A stretch of 64,000 nucleotides of DNA from a virus (IMGVR_UViG_3300028887_000070:1-64000); one strand, 5' to 3'; counted from the stretch's first letter, positions 19,134-29,717 are shown. Numbers and translations are program-made. Notes: a model not told the origin generated them from the letters alone.

Positions 19134-19896
19134 TGCTAAAGACATAATCAAAAATCTGTTTCATAACAGAGAGGAAACAAAGTACCCGCATCCTGATGGG
19201 TACTCTAATCTGGTTAAGTGTATGTCGGACTATAGGCATATCAAGAAGGATCAAAGGAGATTCTTCAGCTTCTTCAATGGTAGTAGGAACTATGTGAACT
19301 GTACACCATACAGAGGAAAGCCTTATAAGGATATAGGACCGAGTGTTCTGTATACATGTGGACAGGAAGACCCTGTACCTTTAAATGTGTATAACAGAAT
19401 CTATGCCATCATAGTAATGGCCAGAGATAATGTATCATCTACTATGACAGAGTTTGAGTTTATGAGACCTCTCATACTAAATAAAGATCATACAAAGATC
19501 AAACCAGCAGACTACTTCGAATGTATTACTCGTACAATGTACGCTTCATCGAAACCGTATGACGAAGGATGCATAAGTCATAGAGATAAATCACACTTGA
19601 ACAGACAGGATGTATGCTGGGCGATTACTGATATTATTCATGAGCTCTGTTCGGTGAATATGGAACCGTCTAGAAATGGCCGTAACTGGAGGAATGGACT
19701 GGAAATCATCCTTCAGTATCATGTCTTCTCTAAGAACATGGCAGGACATTGGTACAACTTTGATATCAATGATGACAATACAGTAGATAAGACTATCCTA
19801 TCTAAAGTCGATATCTACAACTTTCCAGTTTGTGGATATGCTAACACAAACAACTCGTTTAAGTTTGAGTTTCCGCTAACAGTTATACAAGCATAA
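19111..19896 (+). CDS. Hypothetical protein
   Basis: Overlaps previous gene; ends at a terminator. Confidence 0.7.
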   Translation: MCLMKKDDAKDIIKNLFHNREETKYPHPDGYSNLVKCMSDYRHIKKDQRRFFSFFNGSRNYVNCTPYRGKPYKDIGPSVLYTCGQEDPVPLNVYNRIYAIIVMARDNVSSTMTEFEFMRPLILNKDHTKIKPADYFECITRTMYASSKPYDEGCISHRDKSHLNRQDVCWAITDIIHELCSVNMEPSRNGRNWRNGLEIILQYHVFSKNMAGHWYNFDINDDNTVDKTILSKVDIYNFPVCGYANTNNSFKFEFPLTVIQA

Positions 19897-19928
19897 GAAA
19901 GGAGGGTGGATTGCTCCACCCTCTTTCA
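19897..19928. terminator. Bidirectional terminator hairpin
   Basis: GAGGGTGGA-TTGC-TCCACCCTC between convergent genes. Confidence 0.7.
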
Positions 19929-20765
19929 TTACTGGTTGGGTTCTTTACAGAGAAGGGTCTCTATGATATCGATAAGATTCATACCAGCGAGATCATCGCC
20001 AGTCTTGAATCCACCGAGATCATGCACTACTTCATGCAGCTTATCCTCAGGCCATGTAAGACTAGGGATAGTAGCAGCAAGCTCTTCGAGAGCTGTTGTA
20101 GTAGCATAACCGCCGAGAGCTGTTTCAAGAGCTTCGGTAGTTACATAGCTTGACAGATATGTATCCATGTCTGTCTTAGCTACATAATCTCCAAGTGCTG
20201 TAGTAAGAGCCTCTGTAGTTACGAGACCTTCAACACTTGGGATAGTGGGCTTGTCTGTAAGATCATTGTAGGATCCTGTAGCTGCAACAGTAGCAAGGAA
20301 TCCCTTAACAAGATCTTCAAGTTCACCCATTTTTACATACTCTTCAGGGTCTACAGGCTGATCGCCAGAGGGGAAGAGAAGCTTAGCAACAAGTTCTGAG
20401 AATGTAATGTCGCCGAGCTTAGTACCCTTAGCAATACCGCCGACTCTGATAGTAGTACCTGTTTCGCTCTTATCCTGATAGATGTCAGCCTTAGCGATGT
20501 TCTTAAGTATCTCATTGAGTTGTCTTTTCAGAACGAAGAACTCCTCAGGATGATGAGGCCAAGGACCACAAGGTGGTACAGGATAGAAGTAACGAGTAGG
20601 AACAGGATTAGGTACACCAGGTCTGTAAGGATTTACAGTTGGTACATCAGGGCAACATCCGCCAGGATGTTCATATGGCGGTCTTCCAGGAATCCAAGTG
20701 TCTCTTGGTGGAGGACAACCAGGAATACAATGAATCCTCTCGTCGTAGAGTTGATTGCTTGACAT
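19929..20765 (-). CDS. Virion fibre/decoration-type protein with Cys/Pro-rich N-terminus
   Basis: Fibre-type motif LATVAATGSYNDLTDKPTIP, repeated YxTTxALETAL, duplicated GG(I/F)xxG...LL motif; late promoter. Confidence 0.55.
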   Translation of the reverse strand: MSSNQLYDERIHCIPGCPPPRDTWIPGRPPYEHPGGCCPDVPTVNPYRPGVPNPVPTRYFYPVPPCGPWPHHPEEFFVLKRQLNEILKNIAKADIYQDKSETGTTIRVGGIAKGTKLGDITFSELVAKLLFPSGDQPVDPEEYVKMGELEDLVKGFLATVAATGSYNDLTDKPTIPSVEGLVTTEALTTALGDYVAKTDMDTYLSSYVTTEALETALGGYATTTALEELAATIPSLTWPEDKLHEVVHDLGGFKTGDDLAGMNLIDIIETLLCKEPNQ

Positions 20766-20789
20766 ATCTAAACCTCCTTTAGGTGATAT

Positions 20790-20801
20790 TATTAGAGTGT
20801 T
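20790..20801 (-). promoter_or_regulatory. Late promoter
   Basis: AACA-CTCTAA-TA. Confidence 0.7.
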
Positions 20802-20838
20802 GAGTAAGGCTATGACGAGGGTGGAAAGGAGAGCATAT

Positions 20839-22035
20839 ATGCTAAATGAAACAAGAGAATCAAACATCAAGAAGATTCACAGTATCGTTAAAAAAGCTGA
20901 CAACGTGATAGACAAAGTCGAGATATCAAAGTCGGACGTGTTTAAGTTGTTCTCTATAGCTGGACTCGTAGATCAGAAGTTCAATAAGAGTCTAGACTGC
21001 ATGACGAAAGAAGAAAAGAATGAAGCTGATGATGCTATCAACAAAGCATCTTTGCCAGCAGACATTGTAATCTCAAACACCATACCTATCAAACACATAG
21101 AAATCGTGGTGAACGAACGAGATGACGTTGTAAGACATCGTGTACTCATATTTGATAAGAAGGATTGGATTCCTTTCGGAACTACAAAAGAGATAGAGGA
21201 GATATCTGATAATGATTTCGGCTACACCTACAATGACGAAATTCTTGATGTAGCATCCGCTACAATCATAGGAGCTATAACGTTGTTTCTAGACCAGTCT
21301 AAGACTAATCCTGATGGTCTTGGTAGAATAGTTACCATGCCGATCATATATGTGAAGAAAGATGATAAACCTATCCTCGCAATAGAGGCGACAAATTCAT
21401 ATCTTAAGATCTTCAATAAGTTTGTACCGTTTGGAACAGAAGCTCCTGTCGATATGGCTATATATGCTGGTGCTGAATGGGCTGTAGCTACTCTTAACAT
21501 ATGGTACGCTATAGAGGTTTCTCTATTGAACCCACTAATCAACTATAGAACTATAAACAATCGAATGATAGCACCTCAAACAAAGACTAGAAACGGTAAG
21601 AAGAAGACACCTGCTAAGATCAAGTACTACAAAACTATCTATATCGAAGGTGAATCGTTAGACCAGTTCTTTGAAGAACAAAAGAACGAGAAGGGTGAGA
21701 TCGACCGTCACTGTCTTATGTGGTATGTCACAGGCCACTGGAGACAGTATAAAGATGGCAAAAGAATCTTCATCCAAGGATACTGGAAGGGCGAAGGCCG
21801 CTTTTCTGGAATCGAAGTTCAGACAAGAGATAGAGAACTTGTTTTGGAAGAAGATGATCTCCCGAAAGAGAGAATTCAGAAGCCTAAAGAGCCCGCAAGA
21901 CGTCTCTTCGTGGACCCTTCATATTACGAGAAGGTCCGCTGCGAGTGTGGGCAGTGTATTGTTGCTGGTACTGATAGTGATCATGTCGGTGAAAGATGTG
22001 AGGTATGTCATACGCTCATTATGTATAGAGGTTAA
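20839..22035 (+). CDS. Hypothetical protein with a VxGHWR-type motif and C-terminal Zn ribbon
   Basis: WYVTGHWRQYKDGKRIFIQGYWKG; CECG...CEVC; SD GAAAGGAG. Confidence 0.7.
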   Translation: MLNETRESNIKKIHSIVKKADNVIDKVEISKSDVFKLFSIAGLVDQKFNKSLDCMTKEEKNEADDAINKASLPADIVISNTIPIKHIEIVVNERDDVVRHRVLIFDKKDWIPFGTTKEIEEISDNDFGYTYNDEILDVASATIIGAITLFLDQSKTNPDGLGRIVTMPIIYVKKDDKPILAIEATNSYLKIFNKFVPFGTEAPVDMAIYAGAEWAVATLNIWYAIEVSLLNPLINYRTINNRMIAPQTKTRNGKKKTPAKIKYYKTIYIEGESLDQFFEEQKNEKGEIDRHCLMWYVTGHWRQYKDGKRIFIQGYWKGEGRFSGIEVQTRDRELVLEEDDLPKERIQKPKEPARRLFVDPSYYEKVRCECGQCIVAGTDSDHVGERCEVCHTLIMYRG

Positions 22036-22042
22036 ACAGATA

Positions 22043-22077
22043 GCGGTGGGAACGACTCCCACCGCCATTATTTTTTT
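22043..22077 (+). terminator. Intrinsic terminator
   Basis: GCGGTGGG...CCCACCGC followed by a T7 tract. Confidence 0.75.
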
Positions 22078-23668
22078 AGTACTCTTCATATGTATACTTA
22101 GTAGGATCTGGATAGTTCTGAGCTGATGTATAGTCAGCAAGACTTCCTTCAGGTACAAGTATCTTGCATGAATACTCTAGACTAGTGAATGCATTAGCAT
22201 TAGCTACTGTAGGTGGAGTAGAACCAAGGAACTTTATGATTCCTAATCCAGAGCAAGTAGTGAATGCTTCTGCAGCTATAGTCTCTATTGAAGCTGGGAT
22301 CTCTATCTTAGACATCGAGTAGCACTGTCTAAAGCACTTAGAAGGTATTGCAGTCACACTAGAAGGTATATTAACTTGCTGAAGGGCAGTACAGTTGTTG
22401 AACATACTCTCGCCCAAAGTAGTGAAAGTATTAGGAATACTTATAGTGTTAAGAGCTTGACAGTCTGAGAAACAAGAAGCTCCAGCAGACAGAAGAGTAG
22501 ATGGTAATGTGATATCTTTAAGTCCGTAAGCATATGCAAATGCATAGTCTCCTAAAGTTGTTATACCCTCTGGAATAGAGAATGCCGCCATAGTACGGTT
22601 ACGTATTACGAATTCAAATGGAATATTGTCAGCCCCAGGAGTCAGAAGCACATCACATGAAGGATTATCAGCAAATGCTGAGCTGCCTATAGATGTCATA
22701 GTCTCTGGAAATGTAGCACATATGAGTGAATAGCATTCTGCAAAACAACGATCTCCTATAGACTCTAATGTGTTAGGAACAGAAAGGAATCTCATTCCAT
22801 AGCATCCTTCAAACGTATTAGCACCGAGCTCTGTTACACCATGAGGTATAACTATAGACTCAAGAGTAGAGTCCCATCTGAATGATGATTCATTGATAGA
22901 ACGTACTGTAGAAGGAATTGAAATATGTTTCATTGAGTAGCATCTATAGAATGCAAACTTACCGATGTCGATGTTTGCTCCGAGATGTACATCAGTGATA
23001 CAGTTACTATAAGCCTTAGACTCGTTTCCTGGCTTGCCAGTACCCTTACCACCCTTACAGAAGAATACATTAGCTCCATTGGTACTTTTGATCTCTGCAC
23101 TACCAGTTACAGTAAGGAGTATATAGTACTGACCAGGTTCAGCATACTGATGTGTAGCATATGTATACTTCATACCAGTATTAGTAAGAGTGTCTTCCGT
23201 ACCGTCTCCCCATTCTACACGAACCGATCCGTTAACGAACAGTCCAAGCTGTGGGTTCAGACAACCTTCTGGAAGATGGACATCGATAGCTGTCTTATCA
23301 TCTGGAGTTGTATAATGCTGTCCGATATTGAGTGCACCATACTTAGCGACGTAAGCTTTTGCATCAGCTAACGTCCAGTTCCAGCCTTGAGCCACCAACC
23401 ATTCATACGTGTGATCTGGATTCTCTGGCATCTCTGTAAGCTTAAGGAACTCCTCTGAGGTGAATGAGTGAAGAATAATACCATCAAGATCGAAGAAGTT
23501 TACTCCGCCATGCTCATATCCAGTTTTAGGGATATCAAGAATAGCTTGAGGAAAGTCTTCGAGACCGTCATTTTCTCCAATCTCTCCACCTCTCTTTACT
23601 ATAGCATTACCTATAGCAGTCTTAGCAGCACGAAGTCTAGCTACATTATCCGATAATGAGTTGGGCAT
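22076..23668 (-). CDS. BspA/LRR_5-type leucine-rich-repeat protein with fibre-type N-terminus
   Basis: About ten IPxxVTxIGxxAFxxCxxL repeats; N-terminal LRAAKTAIGNAIVKRG motif typical of phage fibre proteins. Confidence 0.85.
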   Translation of the reverse strand: MPNSLSDNVARLRAAKTAIGNAIVKRGGEIGENDGLEDFPQAILDIPKTGYEHGGVNFFDLDGIILHSFTSEEFLKLTEMPENPDHTYEWLVAQGWNWTLADAKAYVAKYGALNIGQHYTTPDDKTAIDVHLPEGCLNPQLGLFVNGSVRVEWGDGTEDTLTNTGMKYTYATHQYAEPGQYYILLTVTGSAEIKSTNGANVFFCKGGKGTGKPGNESKAYSNCITDVHLGANIDIGKFAFYRCYSMKHISIPSTVRSINESSFRWDSTLESIVIPHGVTELGANTFEGCYGMRFLSVPNTLESIGDRCFAECYSLICATFPETMTSIGSSAFADNPSCDVLLTPGADNIPFEFVIRNRTMAAFSIPEGITTLGDYAFAYAYGLKDITLPSTLLSAGASCFSDCQALNTISIPNTFTTLGESMFNNCTALQQVNIPSSVTAIPSKCFRQCYSMSKIEIPASIETIAAEAFTTCSGLGIIKFLGSTPPTVANANAFTSLEYSCKILVPEGSLADYTSAQNYPDPTKYTYEEY

Positions 23669-23669
23669 A

Positions 23670-24476
23670 TCATAACACCTCCTCTAAGGCATCATTGACA
23701 TCACCTATCAATCCGTATAAGTCGTCTATAGCTTCCTGTACATCGTCAGCCGATGATCCAGATGCTGTACCGTCATATGAAATACCAGAAGCTGCTTTGT
23801 TATACGTAGGAGTCCAATCCATGATAATCTTGCTAGAATCTGCTATAGCATTCCATGAATACGGAGCATTGGTTAACGAAGTACATGTCCACCAGTATGC
23901 TGGTCTGTTGATCATTACTTCTGCCTCTGCATTAGCTCCTACGAAAGGAAGTGCCTGAGCATAGATCTGACCAGTAACTATAGTATTGGTCGGAAGATTC
24001 TTAGCAGCAAGAGCTTGTGTTATCTGAAGCAGAGTCTTACCGCTAGTATTGATATCGAGTTCTGTAAATGTAGTGAAGTTGTAGTTGGCATTGAGTCTCT
24101 CTTCGATAGCAGCAATAACCTGATTGAGTATCATGACTGAATCAGCGTACTCTACAAGTATACCATCACCATCAAGAGATATAACATCACCGACATATGT
24201 AGCAGTGCCATCATTCAGAGTCTGCTTCAGTTTGAATGTAACCTCACCAGTCTCATTATCGGTGAACTTCTGTATAGTGTAGCGGCTTTTATCTCCGCCG
24301 CCACCTCCTCCTCCGCCTACATCGGCTAAGAGAACTCGTGTTTCATCATCCTGATCAAAGTAGACAGCACCCCCATCCTTTCGGATGAGGAACTGTCCTT
24401 TTTTGATAGGATGGTTATTGATAGCCTCTTGCGAACCAAGAAGTGGTTTGAAAGGCCAATTCTTGCTATTAGCCAT
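23670..24476 (-). CDS. Probable fibre-associated virion protein
   Basis: Gly-rich linker; C-terminal ASGISYDGTASG..ADDVQEAIDDL motif. Confidence 0.55.
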   Translation of the reverse strand: MANSKNWPFKPLLGSQEAINNHPIKKGQFLIRKDGGAVYFDQDDETRVLLADVGGGGGGGGDKSRYTIQKFTDNETGEVTFKLKQTLNDGTATYVGDVISLDGDGILVEYADSVMILNQVIAAIEERLNANYNFTTFTELDINTSGKTLLQITQALAAKNLPTNTIVTGQIYAQALPFVGANAEAEVMINRPAYWWTCTSLTNAPYSWNAIADSSKIIMDWTPTYNKAASGISYDGTASGSSADDVQEAIDDLYGLIGDVNDALEEVL

Positions 24477-24490
24477 ACTTAAACCTCCTA

Positions 24491-25291
24491 TTACGTCTTT
24501 ACTTTCTTACTAGCTAGTACAGCCCAATCTCCACCAGAGAGTATCTTACCTACACCAAGTTTGTTGTCAGACTGGAACTGATGAATAGCATCCATCATCT
24601 GCTGATCTGCAACACCATTAAGTGTTACACTATATCCGAGGCTCTTGAGCTTCTTCTGAGTCCAGAGTGTAAGCTTTCCAGAATCTCCAGGTTCAATAGT
24701 GAAGTCTCTAAGCTTTGAGAGAGTGATATTGCCGATGACACCATCAGTGTTGATATCATAACCCTTCTCTTTCAGTATAGTCTGAAGCTCTACTTCGAGT
24801 GTTATAAGGTTTACTTCGTCGGGATTGTATTCATCCTGTCCAGGGAACACTGTACCTCTCTCGAAGGTCTCGTATCCCTCTCCAGTCATTTCATTTCCAA
24901 ACCAATGGTCATTCTTATAGGGTTCATAACCTCTTGTGTCAAGATGACAATAGTAGTCATCTATAAGAAGAATACCATTGAAACCGATTCTCTCTGCAGC
25001 CTCAGCGATATCCCAAGAAGTATACTTCTCACCATCTTGTTTGATCACACAAAGATCTGCAGCAATAGAACCGTTAACATTGCAGTTATGACCATCGCCT
25101 AAGAATGCTCCAGGTATAGCAAGAGTAGCAGCATCGCAACGATAACCGCTACTTATCCATATCTCCTTAGCACCCATATAACTGAAGAGCTGTTCGAGCA
25201 TAGATACCAGTAAAGTAGATGGAACTCCCTTACCACATCCGCAAGTACAGCGGAACTCATAAGTGTCGAAGTGTTCTGATATTTTAGCCAT
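24491..25291 (-). CDS. Peptidase M15 cell-wall hydrolase with peptidoglycan-binding domains (endolysin-like)
   Basis: SEHF..EFRC.CGCG, ISSGYRC, H...AAD and HLDTR; C-terminal DGVIG.ITL and AIHQFQ.DNKL peptidoglycan-binding repeats. Confidence 0.85.
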   Translation of the reverse strand: MAKISEHFDTYEFRCTCGCGKGVPSTLLVSMLEQLFSYMGAKEIWISSGYRCDAATLAIPGAFLGDGHNCNVNGSIAADLCVIKQDGEKYTSWDIAEAAERIGFNGILLIDDYYCHLDTRGYEPYKNDHWFGNEMTGEGYETFERGTVFPGQDEYNPDEVNLITLEVELQTILKEKGYDINTDGVIGNITLSKLRDFTIEPGDSGKLTLWTQKKLKSLGYSVTLNGVADQQMMDAIHQFQSDNKLGVGKILSGGDWAVLASKKVKT

Positions 25292-25305
25292 ACTAGCACC
25301 TCCTA

Positions 25306-25638
25306 TTAGAAATCGACGATCTCTTCGAGTGTACGAATGTCCTTTATCATAATCTTACAGAGCTTAGCTCTATGATGACCGTCTTCATTAGAACAGTCTA
25401 TCATGATCCAGTCTGCCTTAAGATGACCACCACAGGGTTGATTAGTACCAAAGTGAGAGTACACACCTGTGATAGTACGGAGCATATTATCGATTCTGTC
25501 TACAGCAATCACCTTGTACTTGCTGCCAGGCTTCATAGATACGGTGATAGTCTCTTTAGAACCATCATCCTTATACACATCCAGCTCTATGTCCAGATGT
25601 ACAGTAGTTATACCTTTAGTCTTTATAGTGTATGACAT
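25306..25638 (-). CDS. Small virion-associated protein (paralogue family with 25694-26374 and 36029-36451)
   Basis: Shared I.(I/V)DxS...I...(D/N)I motif. Confidence 0.65.
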   Translation of the reverse strand: MSYTIKTKGITTVHLDIELDVYKDDGSKETITVSMKPGSKYKVIAVDRIDNMLRTITGVYSHFGTNQPCGGHLKADWIMIDCSNEDGHHRAKLCKIMIKDIRTLEEIVDF

Positions 25639-25693
25639 TAGGTTTTCCTCCTTTCAAAAGTTAAGGCTAGGGCGTTGCCACCCTAGCCGATGA

Positions 25694-26374
25694 TTACAGG
25701 TCAAGATAGTCGTGAAGACTTGAACCAAGATTGGTATCGCCACTCTGACTAGTACTTGACGATGTGTTATTTGTCGTAGATCCATCTTCACCAACAGGTG
25801 TTCCTACATCGTGGAGTGAAACGAACTCATCTATTTCTCTCTCTACGAATGGATCTTCAATGCAGACATTGCTCTGCTGTACTGGATTAAGCTGCTCAGG
25901 TCCCAGTATAGGAAGCATTCTCTCGATGTTCTCTATTCTGATTCTGAGAAGACGGCTTTCATACATATCACTAGAGTCTACTATGATAGCAGAAATAGTG
26001 ATGCAATGAGGAGCCTTCAGAATCTCTTGTACACCTTCGACTGTCTCAAAGTCGACAATCTTGCCGACGAAGTGACAAATACCACGGGTGTTGGAGAAGG
26101 CATCGATCTCATATGATACTCCAGGTATGATGTCGAACTTCTGTACATGACCATGATGATCAGTATAGGTTGTAGAAAGTCGGATAGTACCGTCTATCTT
26201 AACTCTTCCCACCTTATGAGGGGGAGGACAATAGGGGTGATGACCAGGAACGATATACTGCTTAGGGGGACAAGTAGCAGCAGGACAAGCAACTACTTTA
26301 GTCCAACCAGGATGTGTAGTCATATCAGGAGTATAGACTTCGTTTCCATAGGGGAAACAACAATTGTTAGCCAT
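25694..26374 (-). CDS. Virion-associated protein with Cys/Pro/His-rich N-terminus
   Basis: SD AAAGGAGG; late promoter; paralogous domain. Confidence 0.65.
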   Translation of the reverse strand: MANNCCFPYGNEVYTPDMTTHPGWTKVVACPAATCPPKQYIVPGHHPYCPPPHKVGRVKIDGTIRLSTTYTDHHGHVQKFDIIPGVSYEIDAFSNTRGICHFVGKIVDFETVEGVQEILKAPHCITISAIIVDSSDMYESRLLRIRIENIERMLPILGPEQLNPVQQSNVCIEDPFVEREIDEFVSLHDVGTPVGEDGSTTNNTSSSTSQSGDTNLGSSLHDYLDL

Positions 26375-26400
26375 AACTCTCCTCCTTTCGAGAATATTGT

Positions 26401-26412
26401 TACATAGATGTT
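26401..26412 (-). promoter_or_regulatory. Late promoter
   Basis: AACA-TCTATG-TA. Confidence 0.7.
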
Positions 26413-26451
26413 GAGCATAGAATGGTGGTGGGAAACCTCCCACCACCTAAC

Positions 26452-27516
26452 TTAAGAGCTTGGTGCGTCTCCGCAGATAAAGTAATGATCGTTAAGCCAA
26501 TCCTTGTCAATCAACTGAGCTGTAGTACATAGAGTATTATAGTTTCCGTTTATATAGGCTATCGTCTCGCCACTTTTATGCTTAAGCTTAGAAGTGTTTA
26601 CCAAGTTTACACCAGATCCAAAAGATATACCTACTTTTCCGCTAGAGTCGTATGCACTAGTGGTAGTATAACTGAGGTCTACTACATTATACGCACATTG
26701 TCCATTGGCTTTTATGATAGACATATAGTATATCGATGTCGAAGAACCAGTGATATCGCCGACGACTTTACAAAACCTCATAGCAGTTCCACCAATAACA
26801 TAAGATGTATCTTCGTTACAAATCCAACGTTTGGAAGATATAGACAGTATACTATTAGTCATTACAATCGTACTTGAAGTACTATTGGGCCCAAATATGC
26901 ATCTTACACGTCTGCTCGCATCTCCGCTATTTGCAGCTTGTAAGTTGAATGAGCATTGGTTGATATATAAGTATCCATATTCGCTACTATTGTTAATACA
27001 GTATACAAAGTTTGAGTATTGTGAATCGAGCATTGCTGAAATCTTACATCTATAGAGTCGAAGACTGCCAGAACCATTAGAATTACTTTTGTGAAAACGT
27101 AACAAACGGCAATCGCTAGTGAGACCGAAAATGTATGCATTCTTGATTATCATGTCGTATATGTTTATAGTAGAAACTGAACTACTCTGTCCACCACCAT
27201 AGCTAGCTCTCATATAAAAGAATGTACTATCCATCATACTAAGTCCAAGAATAGTCCATCCATTGAAGTATATATTTATAGTCATAGCAGTTGAAGGTGT
27301 AAACTCTGTTGAAGTAATAGTGATGGGGTTCCATCCTCTAGAACGAAGATCGATGACTTTAGGACCATCATAGACTTCTGGGAAGGCTATGTAGTAATTA
27401 CCAGATGGAGACGCTGGTATATATGAGGTGTTAGTAAGTATAGTCCTGAGATCTTCTAACGTATCTATAGTAAGAGGATCGTTAGCATCTCTAATATCAC
27501 CGCCAAGTATAGCCAT
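26452..27516 (-). CDS. Beta-helix adhesin/receptor-binding-like protein, paralogue 4
   Basis: Shared blocks DP..I, AFPEVYDGPKVIDLR, NGWTILGLS, CKIS, CSFN and C-terminal QLIDKDWL. Confidence 0.65.
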   Translation of the reverse strand: MAILGGDIRDANDPLTIDTLEDLRTILTNTSYIPASPSGNYYIAFPEVYDGPKVIDLRSRGWNPITITSTEFTPSTAMTINIYFNGWTILGLSMMDSTFFYMRASYGGGQSSSVSTINIYDMIIKNAYIFGLTSDCRLLRFHKSNSNGSGSLRLYRCKISAMLDSQYSNFVYCINNSSEYGYLYINQCSFNLQAANSGDASRRVRCIFGPNSTSSTIVMTNSILSISSKRWICNEDTSYVIGGTAMRFCKVVGDITGSSTSIYYMSIIKANGQCAYNVVDLSYTTTSAYDSSGKVGISFGSGVNLVNTSKLKHKSGETIAYINGNYNTLCTTAQLIDKDWLNDHYFICGDAPSS

Positions 27517-27553
27517 TAAGCACACCTCCTTTCGCGAAGGTGTGTATGTAAGA

Positions 27554-28588
27554 TCAGCCGCTGCTTATGGGGGGGGCGTCTGACGGAGTGTTACCACAGA
27601 TGAACTCTATAGAGTTGAGATAATCTTGATCAGTCATCTGAGCTTGTGTAACTTTAGTACATCTGGACAATGATGTTTGTATAGTAGAGTTCACTGAGTG
27701 GAATCTATCACTATTGATAATATTGACACCAGATGAGAATGCTACACATATCACGCATCTGGAGCTACTGAAGTAACTATAGAAGTCTACATCGACAACG
27801 TTGTATGCGGAATTGGATCCTCCTTGAATGAAATGTATCATGTTCTGATATCCTTTAACACTACCAATCCACTTGCAGAATCTGAACCTGCCTTGATAGG
27901 TTGTAGTTCTTGTTTGTTCGTTAGAATTATTAGTGAATCTAAGGAATGGCGCGTTAATATTGAAGATACAGTTTATAATATCACCTTGTTGTTCGTTGGT
28001 GTTACTAGGAGATCCAATAACCTTTGCATACAAAGAGTTACCTTGCGTATGGAGTTCTGTATTGAATGAACACTGGGTTGCGTACATACGTCTTCCAGTA
28101 CTACTAGAACCATATGGATTGTAGTATTGATTTACAAAAGATACATGATTGTTGTTGGCATCTAATACAGCAGAGAACTTACATCTAACGAAATGACCAT
28201 AACCAGAACTAGTGTTACAGAAACAACAAGCTTCACTTGTTATTGCTATTACATATACATTCTTCATGATAAGGTCGTACACATACGTTGTCTTACTACT
28301 ACTACTACTAAGAGCCCAGAACCAAGAGTCCATTATAGAAAGACCCAAGATCGTCCAGTTGTTACAGTAAACATATCTATTTTCAGACCAATCAGATCTA
28401 TAGCCAATGTTGATAGGATTCCATCCTCTAGAACGAAGGTCTATCACCTTAGGACCATCATAGACTTCTGGGAACGCTATGTGAGTGTACTTGTTAGTAG
28501 TATCTTCAAAGACTTCTTTGAGTGACTCTAACGTATCTACATATATAGGATCGTTGGCAGAGTGACCTCCGCCACCAAGTATAGCCAT
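27554..28588 (-). CDS. Beta-helix adhesin/receptor-binding-like protein, paralogue 3
   Basis: Same conserved blocks. Confidence 0.65.
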   Translation of the reverse strand: MAILGGGGHSANDPIYVDTLESLKEVFEDTTNKYTHIAFPEVYDGPKVIDLRSRGWNPINIGYRSDWSENRYVYCNNWTILGLSIMDSWFWALSSSSSKTTYVYDLIMKNVYVIAITSEACCFCNTSSGYGHFVRCKFSAVLDANNNHVSFVNQYYNPYGSSSTGRRMYATQCSFNTELHTQGNSLYAKVIGSPSNTNEQQGDIINCIFNINAPFLRFTNNSNEQTRTTTYQGRFRFCKWIGSVKGYQNMIHFIQGGSNSAYNVVDVDFYSYFSSSRCVICVAFSSGVNIINSDRFHSVNSTIQTSLSRCTKVTQAQMTDQDYLNSIEFICGNTPSDAPPISSG

Positions 28589-28616
28589 ATGTACTCCTCC
28601 TTTGAGTTGATATTGT

Positions 28617-28628
28617 TACTAGAATGTT
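28617..28628 (-). promoter_or_regulatory. Late promoter within paralogue array
   Basis: AACA-TTCTAG-TA. Confidence 0.7.
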
Positions 28629-28644
28629 CAACCTTGCAAGAATG

Positions 28645-28671
28645 AAGGGAGAGGGATGATTCCCTCTCCTT
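28645..28671 (-). terminator. Terminator-like hairpin splitting the paralogue array
   Basis: GGAGAGGGA-TGAT-TCCCTCTCC. Confidence 0.6.
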
Positions 28672-28672
28672 A

Positions 28673-29701
28673 TCAGTTGCTTGGAGGGTCTCCTACAATG
28701 AAATTTATGCTGTTAAGATAGTCGGCATCCAGCATCTGTGCTGTAGTGACAACATTCTTGTTATCTCCTGTGATGTATTGAGCTGCCATAGCATTACCAT
28801 CACTAAACTTACAGTTGCTGTTGTTTACTATATTCTTTCCACCACCGAAACCAAAGTATACTGTACCATTTGTTCTGTAGTGTCTGAATGCTATATCTAC
28901 AACGTTGTAGAAACATCCTGACGCACTTTTTAGAATTGGAACTTCAGTACTACCGCCAGCAACACATTTAACATCTCCAACAATTTTAGAGAACTGCATA
29001 TTAGCACAGTTCACTAGACTTTGGTCGGTGTTACCATCCCATGAACGGAAGTTGGTACTTCTAATGTTCATTATACAGTTTCTCATAAGCCATCTGCTTC
29101 GTCGCCAATCATTCATGATCCAAGTCTTATAAGATGTACTGGTGTTGTTAAGCTGTATATTGAAAGAGCATTGGAGGAAGTAGAGTTCCTCCTCGTCAGT
29201 AACCAAATTAAATGCGTATGTGTGTGACGTTTGTGAGTCTAGCATCGCAGAGAACTTGCATCTATAGAAGTATATTCTACTTCCATAAGATGCTTCTGAT
29301 CGGAATAACCATGCCTCGCCTCCTCCTGCAAGAATGTACGCATTCTTAATAGTGAGATCATAGAAATAGATCTGCTTCTCGCTAGCGTTAGTACTACTAC
29401 CACTTATTACGAGGTTAAGGAAGAACGAATTCATGATAGATAGTCCCAAGATGGTCCATCCATTGAAGTATACGTATCTTCTTATAGTTTCATGATTATC
29501 TGTACTCCAATTGATATTTAACCTTCCGTCAGGATTCCATCCAGCGGCACGAAGATCGATAACCTTGGGACCAGAATATGTCTCTGGGAATGCTATATGA
29601 AGAGTACCTCCAGCGCTTCTCTGCATAAGAGGTGCAAGATCTTCCAGTGTGTCTATTACAATAGGATCGTCTTTAGACGTTCCTGAACCTCCATAGTTCA
29701 T
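28673..29701 (-). CDS. Beta-helix adhesin/receptor-binding-like protein, paralogue 2
   Basis: GGSGTSKDDPIVI; same conserved blocks. Confidence 0.65.
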   Translation of the reverse strand: MNYGGSGTSKDDPIVIDTLEDLAPLMQRSAGGTLHIAFPETYSGPKVIDLRAAGWNPDGRLNINWSTDNHETIRRYVYFNGWTILGLSIMNSFFLNLVISGSSTNASEKQIYFYDLTIKNAYILAGGGEAWLFRSEASYGSRIYFYRCKFSAMLDSQTSHTYAFNLVTDEEELYFLQCSFNIQLNNTSTSYKTWIMNDWRRSRWLMRNCIMNIRSTNFRSWDGNTDQSLVNCANMQFSKIVGDVKCVAGGSTEVPILKSASGCFYNVVDIAFRHYRTNGTVYFGFGGGKNIVNNSNCKFSDGNAMAAQYITGDNKNVVTTAQMLDADYLNSINFIVGDPPSN

Positions 29702-29717
29702 ACAATCTCCTCCTTTC

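Noticed and set aside
27569-27576. G8 homopolymer as a phase-variation switch
   Set aside because: It lies in the last codons; a one-base change only alters the short tail and does not fuse to the next gene.
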